A stretch of DNA of 64,000 nucleotides from Pseudomonadota bacterium (GTDB lineage Bacteria > Pseudomonadota > Gammaproteobacteria > JAKAQQ01), in contig DAHVLZ010000019.1 of the NCBI GenBank assembly GCA_027320085.1, forward strand, positions 32,001-96,000. The letters run 5' to 3'. The notes beneath the pieces were generated by a model, which saw nothing but the letters and a program-made list of their open reading frames with translations, had not been told where the DNA came from and did no database searches. Shown here piece by piece: positions 43,830 through 53,760 of the stretch (position 1 is the first letter of the stretch; each line of letters opens with the position of its first letter). The translations under genes were made by a program, and so were the position numbers.

Positions 43830-45041
43830 TTACAGGGAGGGATCTCCGAGCGCCTCATCCAGAACCTCGACCGGATGTTGCACGGGAATCGCGAGTCGCG
43901 CCCGCCGAAGTGCGGTCTCGAGTTGCAGGCGGCAGCCCAGGTTGGTGGTCACGATCCGGTCCGGGAGGGGGTGGGGCAGGGCGTCGAGGAGTGTCGAGGC
44001 AAAGCGGTCGCTCCATTCGGGACGGTCGAGAAGATAGCTTCCGGCACCTCCACAACAACCCAGAGGCAGTTCGAACGGGAGCAGGATGGCTTGGCCAATG
44101 TGTCCGAGCAGTCTTTCTGCAGCGCGGGGGTTGTGGACTTGGCTGGACTGCGAACAGGGGACATGAACCGCGATCCGCTGGCTTTTGGCGAGAGTGGCTG
44201 GGGTTCCTTCGGGCCATGCCCGGACGAGGAAGGAAGTGAGTTCGAAGACGTCATCGGCGAGCCCCCGGGCCTCCTGCCAGCACCCGCTGTCTGCGACCAG
44301 CAGGGGGATCGAGGGATCCAGGCGGGCGCGGGCCTTCTGCCGTTGTCGTGTCGCGCGGGTTTCCTCACCACAATGCCGGGCGAGCGCCCCACAGCAAAGC
44401 GGGCTTTCCGGAATCTCGACCGGGTGCCCCCAGCGGGTGAGAACCCGGGTTGCGGCGCCGTATAACGCAGGTGACCAGAGGCTCGAGAAGCAACCGGCCA
44501 AAAGCGCAACCCCGCCGGCCGGCGGCCCTTGGGGGAGCCATCGTCCTTTTTGAACCGGCTTGGGGGGATAGGGCTGGGGTAGGAGACGGAGCGGCCGGCC
44601 GCCTTGGCCGGCCAGGATCCTCCCGAGAGCGCTGAGCAGACCGGTTCGGGCCAGGATCCGGAGCAGCCGGTCAAAGAACCGGAGTCGGCCCGGGTGTTCC
44701 GCAAACCCGATGACCCAATGCCTCAGGGAGAAACGGCGCCGGATCGGCATCACGGCCCGGACCCGGTCGATCAGGTCTCCATAGGGGACGGAAGCTGGGC
44801 AGACGGCCTCGCACGTGAGACAGCCGAGACAGTGATCGAGTGCGTCCACCACCGTGGGATCGAAGCCCACTTCCCCCCGGTCCAGTGCTTCCATGAGCCG
44901 GATCCGTCCGCGCGGAGACTCGGTCTCGAGGGCCGTGAGGCGGTAGGTCGGACACTGGGGCAGGCAGAGCGCGCATTTCACGCATTGGTCCGTCCGCTCC
45001 AAGCCGTAGCGGCCGGGTGACGGAGGGGAGGGGTCAGTCAT
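43830..45041 (-). CDS. GlcF-like Fe-S protein (2x 4Fe-4S + two CCG domains)
   Basis: CVKCALCLPQCPTY, SPRGR, CLGCLTCEAVCP, CCGA, SGC, HVPC, CCGGAG, TTNLGC. Confidence 0.88.
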   Translation of the reverse strand: MTDPSPPSPGRYGLERTDQCVKCALCLPQCPTYRLTALETESPRGRIRLMEALDRGEVGFDPTVVDALDHCLGCLTCEAVCPASVPYGDLIDRVRAVMPIRRRFSLRHWVIGFAEHPGRLRFFDRLLRILARTGLLSALGRILAGQGGRPLRLLPQPYPPKPVQKGRWLPQGPPAGGVALLAGCFSSLWSPALYGAATRVLTRWGHPVEIPESPLCCGALARHCGEETRATRQRQKARARLDPSIPLLVADSGCWQEARGLADDVFELTSFLVRAWPEGTPATLAKSQRIAVHVPCSQSSQVHNPRAAERLLGHIGQAILLPFELPLGCCGGAGSYLLDRPEWSDRFASTLLDALPHPLPDRIVTTNLGCRLQLETALRRARLAIPVQHPVEVLDEALGDPSL

Positions 45042-45178
45042 CGGGTTTCAGGTCGCGGTTTGGATACAATAGTAGATCCTTGGATCCCTGAGGTGAAGTA
45101 TGAAGGGGACCGCGCCCAAGGGTCCAGGTGGGGTGCTCCGGAATTGTCCGGACCCCCGAGGGATCCGAGGACTCGTTC

Positions 45179-45922
45179 ATGCCCCATGAGCTTTTCGGGT
45201 TGCGGCTCGTTGCCCGCCGCCCGCTCACGCCCCGCGTTTTGGAGTTTCGATTTGCGCGCGTCGATGGGCACCCCTTCGACTATATCCCCGGCCAGTTCAT
45301 CACCCTGCATTTTCCCAGCCCCGAAGGAGAACTGCGCCGGAGCTACAGCATTGCCTCGCCACCGGAGGAGGCGGCGGAGAACGGATCAATCGCCATCGCC
45401 GTCACTGAGGTGCCGAACGGTCGTGCCTGCCGTATCCTGTTCGGCCTGTCGTCCGGTGAGGTGGTACAGGCCTCCGGCCCGTTCGGCCGCTTTATCCTGA
45501 GGGATGATCCCGGCATGGACTACCTGCTCGTGGCAACCGGCACCGGCGTCTCGCCCTATCGGGCCATGTTGCCCAGCCTGGGCCAGCGTCTCGCCGGATC
45601 CGGTCGGGAGATCCGGCTCCTGCTCGGGGTGCGGGGTCCCGAGGAGTTGCTGTACGGCCAAGATTTCCTGGCTCTCGCGCAAGCCGTCCCGGCGTTTGGA
45701 TTTACCGCTTGCCTGAGCCGGTCCCTGTCCGATCCCGCGCGGGATTATGAGCACAAGGGTTATGTCCAGGAGACACTGAAATCATTGCCCCTGGATCCCC
45801 GTCGGCAGGTGGTTTACCTTTGCGGGAACCCGGAGATGATCGATGCCTCACTGGTCTACCTCAAGTCGCTGGATTTTGCCCTCCCGGCAATTCGACGTGA
45901 GAAATACCTCTCCGCAAACTAG
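45179..45922 (+). CDS. ferredoxin-NADP reductase-like FAD/NAD(P)H oxidoreductase (no Fe-S domain)
   Basis: PGQF, RSYSIAS, GPFGRF, ATGTGVSPY, YLCGNPEMI. Confidence 0.9.
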   Translation: MPHELFGLRLVARRPLTPRVLEFRFARVDGHPFDYIPGQFITLHFPSPEGELRRSYSIASPPEEAAENGSIAIAVTEVPNGRACRILFGLSSGEVVQASGPFGRFILRDDPGMDYLLVATGTGVSPYRAMLPSLGQRLAGSGREIRLLLGVRGPEELLYGQDFLALAQAVPAFGFTACLSRSLSDPARDYEHKGYVQETLKSLPLDPRRQVVYLCGNPEMIDASLVYLKSLDFALPAIRREKYLSAN

Positions 45923-47595
45923 CCGTCCCCGACGCGGTGGGAGGGATGCCGCGTAATAAACTCACTGTAGTCGCCTTCCTCGAACAGGGTCTGGCCGGTT
46001 CCATCGAAGGCCAGGATGTGGGTGGCGATACGGTCGAGAAACCAGCGGTCATGGGAGGTCACGAGGACGGATCCCGGAAAGGCCAGTAACGCCTCTTCCA
46101 GGGCGCGCAAGGTCTCGACATCGAGGTCGTTGGTGGGTTCGTCGAGAAGCAGCACATTACCGCCTTCGCGCAGGAGCCTTGCAAGATGGACCCGGTTGCG
46201 TTCTCCGCCCGCGAGCCGGCTCAACGGCTTTTGCTGGTCGGGACCCCGAAAGTTGAAGCGTCCCACATAGGCCCGGGAGGCCATGGTGAAACCGCCCACC
46301 ACGAGCTGGTCCACGCCGTCGGTGATGTACTGCCAGACGGTCTGCGTGCCGTCGAGATCCTGACGCAACTGGTCGACATGGGCAAGCCGGGTGGTCTCGC
46401 CCCGGATGATCTGCCCGCGGTCGGGTTTTTCCGAACCGGTGATCAGGTGCAGAAGCGTACTTTTGCCGGCCCCGTTGGGGCCGATGATGCCGATGATGGC
46501 CCCGCGTTCGACCTCAAAGCTCAGGTGATCGAACAGCAGACGCGGCCCGTAGCTTTTTCCCGCATCCTGGACCCGGATCACGACTTCCCCGAGCCGGGGG
46601 CCGGGGGGAATGTAGAGTTCCCGCGTTTCCTGGCGTTTCTGGAAGTCCCGCGAGCTCAGTTCCTCGTAGCGCTGGATCCGGGCCTTGTTTTTGGCCTGCC
46701 GGCCCCGGCTGCCCTGACGGATCCACTCGAGTTCGTCCTTGAGTGTTCTCCGGACGGCGGCTTCTTCGCGCGATTCCTGGGCCAGACGGGCCTCCTTGCC
46801 GGCGAGCCAGGAGGTGTAGTTGCCTTCCCAGGGCAATCCCCGGCCCCGGTCGATTTCGAGGATCCAGCCGACCACGTGGTCGAGAAAGTACCGGTCATGT
46901 GTCACCAGGATGACCGTCCCGGGATAGTCACGAAGCGTTTTTTCGAGCCAGGCGACCGATTCGACGTCGAGGTGGTTTGTGGGCTCGTCCATGAGAAGGA
47001 GATCGGGCTGTGAAAGAAGCAGTCGGCACAGCGCCACGCGCCGGCGTTCCCCACCCGACAAGGTGGCGATCCGGGCGGTGGGATCCGGGAGACCCAGCGC
47101 GGCCGAAGCCACCTTCAGGCGGTGTTCCCAGTTCCATCCGTTCTGGTGTTCGATGGCATCCTGGAGCTCAGCCTGTTCGGAGAGCAGGGCATCCATCTGC
47201 TCCGGCGTGAGCGGCTCGCCCAGCTTCTGGCTCACGGCATCAAAGCGGGAGAGCAGGGCACGCAGATCGGAGAGTCCCTCCTCGACGCTTTCCCGCACCG
47301 TTTTTTCCCCGTCCAGTTCGGGTTCCTGCGGCAGGTAACCGATGCGGGTTCCGGGAACCAAGAGGCGTTCCCCCTCGAAATCCGTATCCACACCGGCCAG
47401 GATGCGGAGCAGGGTCGACTTGCCGGCCCCGTTGATGCCCAGAATTCCGATCTTTGCGCCCTGGAGAAAGGAGAGGGAGAGACCCTCCAGAATCACCCGC
47501 TGGGGGGGGACCACCCGGCGCAGTCTCTGTACCGTGAGGAGAGGGGTGGCCACTTCGGTCTCGGGTGATGACGGGCAGGTGGGCAATTCTGCCAC
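45919..47595 (-). CDS. ettA: ABC-F energy-dependent translational throttle protein
   Basis: GAKIGILGINGAGKSTLLRILAG.D.DFEG, LSGGERRRVALCRLL, ELEWIR...GRQAK.KARI, RAYVGRFNFRG.DQQK. Confidence 0.9.
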   Translation of the reverse strand: MAELPTCPSSPETEVATPLLTVQRLRRVVPPQRVILEGLSLSFLQGAKIGILGINGAGKSTLLRILAGVDTDFEGERLLVPGTRIGYLPQEPELDGEKTVRESVEEGLSDLRALLSRFDAVSQKLGEPLTPEQMDALLSEQAELQDAIEHQNGWNWEHRLKVASAALGLPDPTARIATLSGGERRRVALCRLLLSQPDLLLMDEPTNHLDVESVAWLEKTLRDYPGTVILVTHDRYFLDHVVGWILEIDRGRGLPWEGNYTSWLAGKEARLAQESREEAAVRRTLKDELEWIRQGSRGRQAKNKARIQRYEELSSRDFQKRQETRELYIPPGPRLGEVVIRVQDAGKSYGPRLLFDHLSFEVERGAIIGIIGPNGAGKSTLLHLITGSEKPDRGQIIRGETTRLAHVDQLRQDLDGTQTVWQYITDGVDQLVVGGFTMASRAYVGRFNFRGPDQQKPLSRLAGGERNRVHLARLLREGGNVLLLDEPTNDLDVETLRALEEALLAFPGSVLVTSHDRWFLDRIATHILAFDGTGQTLFEEGDYSEFITRHPSHRVGDG

Positions 47596-47619
47596 ATTCG
47601 CGGAGTTTGGAATGGATCG

Positions 47620-48537
47620 TCAGGGAGGGGGCGGCCCGGATCGGGGAGGATGGGTCCGTCTTTCGAGAATGCGCCGTTCGAGGTCGCGGATCATGCGTCC
47701 CGCGATGTCGATCCGCGTCGCCTTCTCGACCCCCTCCAGTCCGGGCGTGGCGTTGACCTCGAGCACGACCGGTCCCGAGTCCGTTTCCAGGAGATCCACT
47801 CCCGCAACATGGAGCCCGAGAATCCGTGCCGCCGTCCGTGCCAGGCGGGCGGCCACCGGATCCTGAGGGATACGCCGGGCCGAGCCCCCCTGGTGGAGAT
47901 TGGCACGGAACCCGCCCTTGGGGTTCCTGCGCTCGATGGCTGCGGCGATCTCGTCTCCGATCACGAAATAGCGAAGATCCCGGCCGCGGGATTCGGTCAC
48001 AAAGCGTTGCACGAGAAAGTGGGCCATCAAGGCACGCAGGGTTTCGGTGACGCTTTCTGCGGCCTCGGGATTTTCCGCGAGTACGACTCCGATGCCTTGG
48101 GATCCTTCAATGAGCTTGATGATGAGGGGCGGGGGTGGCAACAGCCCGAGCAGGGCCGGATTGTCTTCGGGAGCGAAGGCCATGGCGGTTTCCGGGATCG
48201 GAATGCCGGCTGCGACCAAATGCTGCAGCATGCAGAGCTTGTTGCGTGTCCGGAGAATGGCCGCACTTGGATTCTGGACGGTGGCTCCCTGGATCTCGAA
48301 CTGGCGGACCACCGAGGTTCCGTAGCTTGTGATCGAGGTTCCGATGCGGGGGAGTACCCCATCAATTCCGGTAATCGCCCGGCCCTGGTAGTGAATGCCC
48401 GAATGCTGGGTGGAGAGGGAAAGGTAACAGCGGACGGGATCCACGATGCGGATCCGGTGGCCCCGTGCGCGCGCTGCTTCCACCAGGCGACGCGTCGAAT
48501 ACAGTTGAGCATAACGGGACAGGAGGATGAACCGCAT
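47620..48537 (-). CDS. rimK: RimK family alpha-L-glutamate ligase
   Basis: ILLSR...LYSTRRLVEAA..RGH, PRIG.SIT.YG, EGSQGIGVVLA, FRANLH.GG, EVNATPGLEG.E. Confidence 0.9.
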   Translation of the reverse strand: MRFILLSRYAQLYSTRRLVEAARARGHRIRIVDPVRCYLSLSTQHSGIHYQGRAITGIDGVLPRIGTSITSYGTSVVRQFEIQGATVQNPSAAILRTRNKLCMLQHLVAAGIPIPETAMAFAPEDNPALLGLLPPPPLIIKLIEGSQGIGVVLAENPEAAESVTETLRALMAHFLVQRFVTESRGRDLRYFVIGDEIAAAIERRNPKGGFRANLHQGGSARRIPQDPVAARLARTAARILGLHVAGVDLLETDSGPVVLEVNATPGLEGVEKATRIDIAGRMIRDLERRILERRTHPPRSGPPPP

Positions 48538-48691
48538 GACACCGGCGGGAGTGGATGGAACGGGCTCAGTGTAGCCCGGTCGGATCCCGGAAGCCTGGCA
48601 GGAAAAGCCCCTGGGCGGTTTGGGGGGCCTCGACGGTCCCCCGTGGAGGGGCTACAATTGCCATCGCCGAAGCATCTGCCCGAGACCCGCC

Positions 48692-49960
48692 ATGTCCCCA
48701 CTCCCACGCTACGGACGGATGACCTCCCTGGCCGACTACGATCCCGAGCTGGGACAGGCCATGGAACACGAACGGGAACGGCAGGAGCAATACCTGGAAC
48801 TGATTGCTTCGGAGAACTATGCGAGCCCCCGGGTTCTGGAAGCCCAGGGATCGGTCCTGACCAACAAGTACGCCGAAGGGTATCCGGGACACCGGTACTA
48901 TGGCGGTTGCACCTTTGTGGATGTGGCTGAAAACCTGGCGATTGAACGGGCCCGCGAGCTCTTTGGTGCGGACTACGTGAATGTACAGCCCCACTCCGGA
49001 TCGCAGGCCAACGCGGCGACGTATCTGGCGTTGATCCGCCCCGGCGACCGGATCGTGGGCATGAGCTTGGCCGATGGAGGCCATCTCACGCACGGTGCCA
49101 AGGTCAGTTTCTCCGGAAAATTGTTTCAAGCCTCTCAGTATGGCGTTGACCCGGTGACAGGTCTTCTGGACTACGAAAAACTCGAGGCTCTGGTTGATCG
49201 CGAACGCCCGAAACTCCTGATGGCGGGGTTTTCCGCCTATTCCCGGGTTCTCGATTGGGCCCGCTTCCGGGCGATTGCCGACCGGGTCGGGGCTTTCCTC
49301 GTGGTCGATATGGCGCATGTCGCCGGCCTCGTCGCGGCCGGGCTTTATCCCAACCCGGTGCCGCATGCGGATGTGGTCACTTCGACCACCCACAAGACCC
49401 TCCGGGGGCCCCGGGGTGGCCTCATTCTGGCCCGGCAAAACCCGGAAATCGCAAAAAGGCTGGCCGCGATGATTTTCCCGGGAACCCAGGGCGGACCGCT
49501 GATGCATGTGATTGCGGCCAAGGCCGTGGCCTTCAGGGAGGCCCTCGAGCCCGAGTTTCGGGAATATCAGGCCCAGGTTGTCGCCAATGCCCGTGCCATG
49601 GCCCAGGTGTTTTTGGAACGTGGGTTCAAGGTGGTTTCGGGGGGGACCGATAATCACCTGTTTCTCCTGGACCTGATCGGCCATCCGCTGACCGGTCAGG
49701 ATGCCGAGCACCGTCTCGAGGCGGTCCATCTGACCGTAAACAAAAATGCCGTTCCGAACGATCCCCGCCCACCCCGGGTGACGAGCGGTCTCCGAATTGG
49801 CACTCCGGCCATGACGACCCGCGGGATGGGACTGACCGAGTCCCGACGCGTGGCTGAAATCATCATCGAAACCCTGGATCCGGCCACGTCCGCCGTCCGT
49901 CAGGATGCGTTGCGTGAAGAAGTCACCGATCTCTGCCGGAGATTCCCGGTTTACGGGTAG
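48692..49960 (+). CDS. glyA: serine hydroxymethyltransferase
   Basis: [37 protein letters not shown]; start 48692 or 48719. Confidence 0.97.
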   Translation: MSPLPRYGRMTSLADYDPELGQAMEHERERQEQYLELIASENYASPRVLEAQGSVLTNKYAEGYPGHRYYGGCTFVDVAENLAIERARELFGADYVNVQPHSGSQANAATYLALIRPGDRIVGMSLADGGHLTHGAKVSFSGKLFQASQYGVDPVTGLLDYEKLEALVDRERPKLLMAGFSAYSRVLDWARFRAIADRVGAFLVVDMAHVAGLVAAGLYPNPVPHADVVTSTTHKTLRGPRGGLILARQNPEIAKRLAAMIFPGTQGGPLMHVIAAKAVAFREALEPEFREYQAQVVANARAMAQVFLERGFKVVSGGTDNHLFLLDLIGHPLTGQDAEHRLEAVHLTVNKNAVPNDPRPPRVTSGLRIGTPAMTTRGMGLTESRRVAEIIIETLDPATSAVRQDALREEVTDLCRRFPVYG

Positions 49961-49964
49961 GCCG

Positions 49965-50462
49965 ATGCATTGTCCGAGTTGCGGACATGTCGAGACCCGG
50001 GTGATCGATTCCCGGCTGCTGAATGACGGGCAGGGAATCCGCAGGCGACGGCATTGCCTCTCATGCGGGGAGCGATTCACGACGCTGGAACAGGCGCAAT
50101 GGGCTTACCCGCGGGTGATCAAGCGGGATGGACGGCGCGAACCGTTCGAAGAGCAAAAAATCCGTGCGGGTCTCCTGCGTGCTCTTGAGAAACGGCCCGT
50201 CCCGACGGAGACACTCGAATCACTGATCCAGGATCTCCTGCGCCGGATCCGGACGGTTGGAGAATCGGAAATCGCAGCACGGCAGATCGGGGAGTGGGTC
50301 ATGGAAAAACTGCGTGATCTGGATCCGGTGGCCTACGTTCGTTTTGCCTCCGTTTATCGCGATTTCAACGATGTCCATGATTTTCGCAGGGCCATCGACC
50401 GCCTGTCCGAGCCCGCGAGCCGTCACGGGAATCGCAAAAACCGCCCCCCCCATTCCTCCTGA
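49965..50462 (+). CDS. nrdR: transcriptional repressor NrdR
   Basis: MHCPSC..TRVIDSR, RRRRHCLSC.ERFTT.E, VAYVRFASVYR. Confidence 0.96.
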   Translation: MHCPSCGHVETRVIDSRLLNDGQGIRRRRHCLSCGERFTTLEQAQWAYPRVIKRDGRREPFEEQKIRAGLLRALEKRPVPTETLESLIQDLLRRIRTVGESEIAARQIGEWVMEKLRDLDPVAYVRFASVYRDFNDVHDFRRAIDRLSEPASRHGNRKNRPPHSS

Positions 50463-50469
50463 AGTGCCC

Positions 50470-51582
50470 ATGCGGAGCGAGCCGGGTGAATTGCGGGACG
50501 CCTTCTACATGGCTGAGGCCTTGGAACTGGCGCGGCGGGGATGTTTCACGACGCGGCCCAATCCCTCTGTCGGTTGCGTGATCGTCCGTGAGGACACGGT
50601 GGTCGGCCGGGGTTTCCACCGTATCGCCGGAGGGCCCCATGCGGAAATCGAGGCACTCAAGGAGGCGGGTGAACTGGCGCGGGGAGCGACCGTCTATATC
50701 ACCCTCGAGCCTTGCTCGCACAGGGGAAAAACCGCGCCCTGTGCCTCCGCCCTGGCCGCAGCCGGCATCGGCCGTGTCGTCTACGCCGTGGCCGATCCCA
50801 ATCCGGCCGCGCGCGGAGGGGGGCTCTGGCTGGGCAAGGCCGGCATCCCGACCACCGCAGGTGTCCTGGCACAGGCGGCCCGGGAAATAAACCGTGGCTT
50901 TTTCAAGCGGTACGAGACGGGTTTTCCCTGGGTGACCCTCAAGCAGGCCTCCAGCCTGGATGGCCGGACCGCACTGGCTTCCGGTAAAAGCCGCTGGATC
51001 ACGGGATCGGCAGCTCGGGCCGATGTGCGTCGCCTGCGCGCCCGACATGGGGCCGTGCTTACGGGATCAGGCACCGTGCTGGCCGACAATCCCCGCTTGT
51101 CGGTCCGCGAGGGACCCGCAAGCCGTGAGGCCCCCGAGCCCCTCAGGGTTGTGCTCGATTCCCAGGCCCGCTCTCCGCCGGACTCCCGGGTCTTCTCTCC
51201 CGCCCAGGAATCGCTGCTTGTGACATCTCCCCAAGCCGATGCGCGACGGCATGAGGATGCCGGAATCCCGGTCGTTCGGGTGGCCCAGAGCGCGCGGGGG
51301 CTTGACCTCCGTGAGGTCCTGGTTCTTCTGGCCCAGCGGGAAATCAACGATCTTTTGGTGGAAGCCGGTCCGACGCTCGCGGGATCTTTTATCCGCGAGG
51401 GGCTGGTTGACGAATGGCGGCTCTACCTGGCAACCCGTCTTCTGGGCCCGGATGCCCGGCCCCTGGTGGATCTGCCCCGCCTCAATGTCCTCGAAGATGC
51501 ATCGGCGTGGCGGACGGCCGAGCTGCGACGCATCGGAGGCGATTTCCGTCTCGTCCTGCGCCCCGTCCGGGAGACCCGTTGA
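50470..51582 (+). CDS. ribD: bifunctional pyrimidine deaminase/reductase
   Basis: PNPSVGC, HAE, TLEPCSH.GKT.PC, SLDG, WITG, VEAG. Confidence 0.96.
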   Translation: MRSEPGELRDAFYMAEALELARRGCFTTRPNPSVGCVIVREDTVVGRGFHRIAGGPHAEIEALKEAGELARGATVYITLEPCSHRGKTAPCASALAAAGIGRVVYAVADPNPAARGGGLWLGKAGIPTTAGVLAQAAREINRGFFKRYETGFPWVTLKQASSLDGRTALASGKSRWITGSAARADVRRLRARHGAVLTGSGTVLADNPRLSVREGPASREAPEPLRVVLDSQARSPPDSRVFSPAQESLLVTSPQADARRHEDAGIPVVRVAQSARGLDLREVLVLLAQREINDLLVEAGPTLAGSFIREGLVDEWRLYLATRLLGPDARPLVDLPRLNVLEDASAWRTAELRRIGGDFRLVLRPVRETR

Positions 51583-52178
51583 TGTTTACCGGGTTGATTC
51601 AGAGCACCGGCGAGATACTGGAGAGTGTGCCCCGGGCGCGTGGAATCTCCCTGTGCATCCACCCGCTCGAGACCCGCTTCCACCCGGCCCTCGGGGCCAG
51701 TGTGAGCGTGAACGGCGTCTGTCTTACGGTTGTGGATCCCCGTCCGGACCGGCTGGTTTTCGATCTATCGCCGGAAACCCGCCGGCTCACCACCCTGGGG
51801 AGCCTGGGACCGGGGGATGGGGTCAATCTCGAGTCCGCGCTCCGGGTGGGGGATGAGCTCGGGGGGCACTTCGTTTCGGGGCATGTCGATGGCGTGGGGC
51901 GGGTTCGGATTCGGGGCGAGCAGGAGGACTGCCTGTTTTTCGAGATCGAGGTTCCATCCGGACTCGAACGCTGGATCGCCCCCAAGGGATCCATTGCGGT
52001 TGACGGGGTGAGCCTCACCGTGAATGCTCTCCAGGGACGGATTTTTTCCATCATGCTGATTCCGCACACGATCAGCCGGACCACCCTGGGTCGGCTTCAA
52101 GCTGGCGTGGTGGTCAATCTGGAGGTGGATCTCCTGGCTCGTTACCTCGACCGATTGCGCGAAGAGGCCCGGTCCTAG
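51582..52178 (+). CDS. ribE: riboflavin synthase (alpha chain)
   Basis: MFTGLI start, NGVCLTV, GGHFVSGHVDG, KGSIAVDGVSLTVN, VNLEVD. Confidence 0.96.
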   Translation: MFTGLIQSTGEILESVPRARGISLCIHPLETRFHPALGASVSVNGVCLTVVDPRPDRLVFDLSPETRRLTTLGSLGPGDGVNLESALRVGDELGGHFVSGHVDGVGRVRIRGEQEDCLFFEIEVPSGLERWIAPKGSIAVDGVSLTVNALQGRIFSIMLIPHTISRTTLGRLQAGVVVNLEVDLLARYLDRLREEARS

Positions 52179-52179
52179 T

Positions 52180-53760
52180 TCAGGGTCGGTGGCGGTTTTT
52201 GGCTGCGGGGTCACGCCGGGAGAGGAGGGATCCTGGCTTCGCGGTGAGCGGAAAGGGATAGAGCGTGTCCGTCTTGAGATTGAGGGCCAGGAGTCGGTTG
52301 GCTCCCGTATCGGCAATCAGGAGGGTGGTCTCGTTGAGCAGCGCGAGTCCTCCCGGCAAATCCAGTGGGCCTCCCCGCGCCAAGGTCGAGACCTGATCAT
52401 CGGCGAGATTGATGGCACGGATGGCGTTGTTGAAGGTATCGGCCACATAAAGCATCCGTCCTTCCAAAGCAAGGCCCTGGGCGTGTTGGAGTTCGGCCCG
52501 GGACACACGCCCATTGCGGAATCCCCAATGGAAGAGACCCTGACCCACCAGGGTGCCCACATGACCGCTGCTGATCGAAATCATCCGGATGGAAGAACTC
52601 TCCGGATCGGCGTCGTAGAGGATGCCCGGGGTTGAGGCCAAGCCACTCGGTTGAGCAAAGGTCGCCTCCCGCCGGGGGCCATCCGCCATGCCTTCCGAAC
52701 CCGTCCCGGCCCAGGCCTCGATCTCTCCCGTGGCCAGGTTGAGACGCCAGATCTGGTGTTCTCCGGACATGGCGATCCACAGGATCCGGCCCTGTTTGTC
52801 GAGTGCCCAGGGGGAGTTGAGCGGTACGGCCCGGCCCGGACCCTGTCCTGTGACATCGTAGGCACGATGCCCCGTGCCGGCAAGGGTCGTGACCTCGAAG
52901 GTGCTGAGACTGACCCGGCGTAGTGTGTTGTTGCCGGCATCGGCCACATATAAGAAATGGCGACCAAACGCCAATCCCTCCGGGTCATCAAACCGGGCGT
53001 CATGTGCCGCGCCATTCTTCCAGCCGGGCTTCCCTGATCCAATGACTTGGGTGATCTGACCCCTCCGGTTGGCCAGAAGCACCCGATGGTCGCCGCTGTC
53101 GGCGATGGCGATCCACTTTCCCCTGACGGCCAGCTTGTCCGGGGCGAAAAGAAGGCCCGCCGGCCGCTTGAGCGGTTTGAGCGGGAGAGGGCCTGGGTGG
53201 AGCGTTCCTGCCCGTCTGGCCTTCCGAATGACGGTCCGGATGGCCGCGGCCAGGTGGTCATAGGAGGTCTCACCGACGAAGGCATTGACCAGTCGACCCT
53301 GTGGATTGATCAGGATGAAAGTCGGCCAGGCCTCGACGCCATAGCGGTTCCAGAGAGAGAGTCCGGTATCGTCGAGGACGGGTTCGTGAACATGGAAGTC
53401 GACGAGGAACGTTCTCAGGTCCGCGAGGCTCGCGGAAGCCGTGAACTTCGGCGAGTCGATGCTGACCACGATAAAGCCGGAGCGGAAATGTTGCTCCAGC
53501 CGTTGCAGCACCGGGATCATCTGGATGCAGTTGATGCAGCCGGGCGTGAAAAAGTCGAGAAGGACCGCCCGTCCCCTGAGCATTCTGCGGTCGAGGGGGC
53601 GGGTCACGTTCAGCCACGTCTCCCCACGCGGGAAGGCCAGTGCTTTCATGCCGGCCGGATGGGCATGGCATGAGGCCAGCAAGGCACAGAGCGGCAGGAG
53701 ACCGGCGGAGGGGATCCATCCCGCCCGCCGGTTTCGTTTCCCTTTAGAACAGTTCCACAT
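52180..53760 (-). CDS. thioredoxin-like + NHL-repeat lipoprotein (NHLRC2/SOQ1-like architecture)
   Basis: Lipobox LASC; WLNV..PL, LLDFFTPGCINC, SPKF, AWPT; NHL blades (IADSGDHR, YVADAGNN, LNSPW, FAQPSGL, LQHAQG, VADTFNN). Confidence 0.85.
   Translation of the reverse strand: MWNCSKGKRNRRAGWIPSAGLLPLCALLASCHAHPAGMKALAFPRGETWLNVTRPLDRRMLRGRAVLLDFFTPGCINCIQMIPVLQRLEQHFRSGFIVVSIDSPKFTASASLADLRTFLVDFHVHEPVLDDTGLSLWNRYGVEAWPTFILINPQGRLVNAFVGETSYDHLAAAIRTVIRKARRAGTLHPGPLPLKPLKRPAGLLFAPDKLAVRGKWIAIADSGDHRVLLANRRGQITQVIGSGKPGWKNGAAHDARFDDPEGLAFGRHFLYVADAGNNTLRRVSLSTFEVTTLAGTGHRAYDVTGQGPGRAVPLNSPWALDKQGRILWIAMSGEHQIWRLNLATGEIEAWAGTGSEGMADGPRREATFAQPSGLASTPGILYDADPESSSIRMISISSGHVGTLVGQGLFHWGFRNGRVSRAELQHAQGLALEGRMLYVADTFNNAIRAINLADDQVSTLARGGPLDLPGGLALLNETTLLIADTGANRLLALNLKTDTLYPFPLTAKPGSLLSRRDPAAKNRHRP

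Noticed and set aside
48538-48691. Possible ZTP or glycine riboswitch upstream of glyA
   Set aside because: No recognisable consensus elements by eye; an Rfam scan would be needed.
47650-50080. 426-aa (+) and 504-aa (-) ORFs opposite rimK and glyA
   Set aside because: Antisense shadows without recognisable domains.
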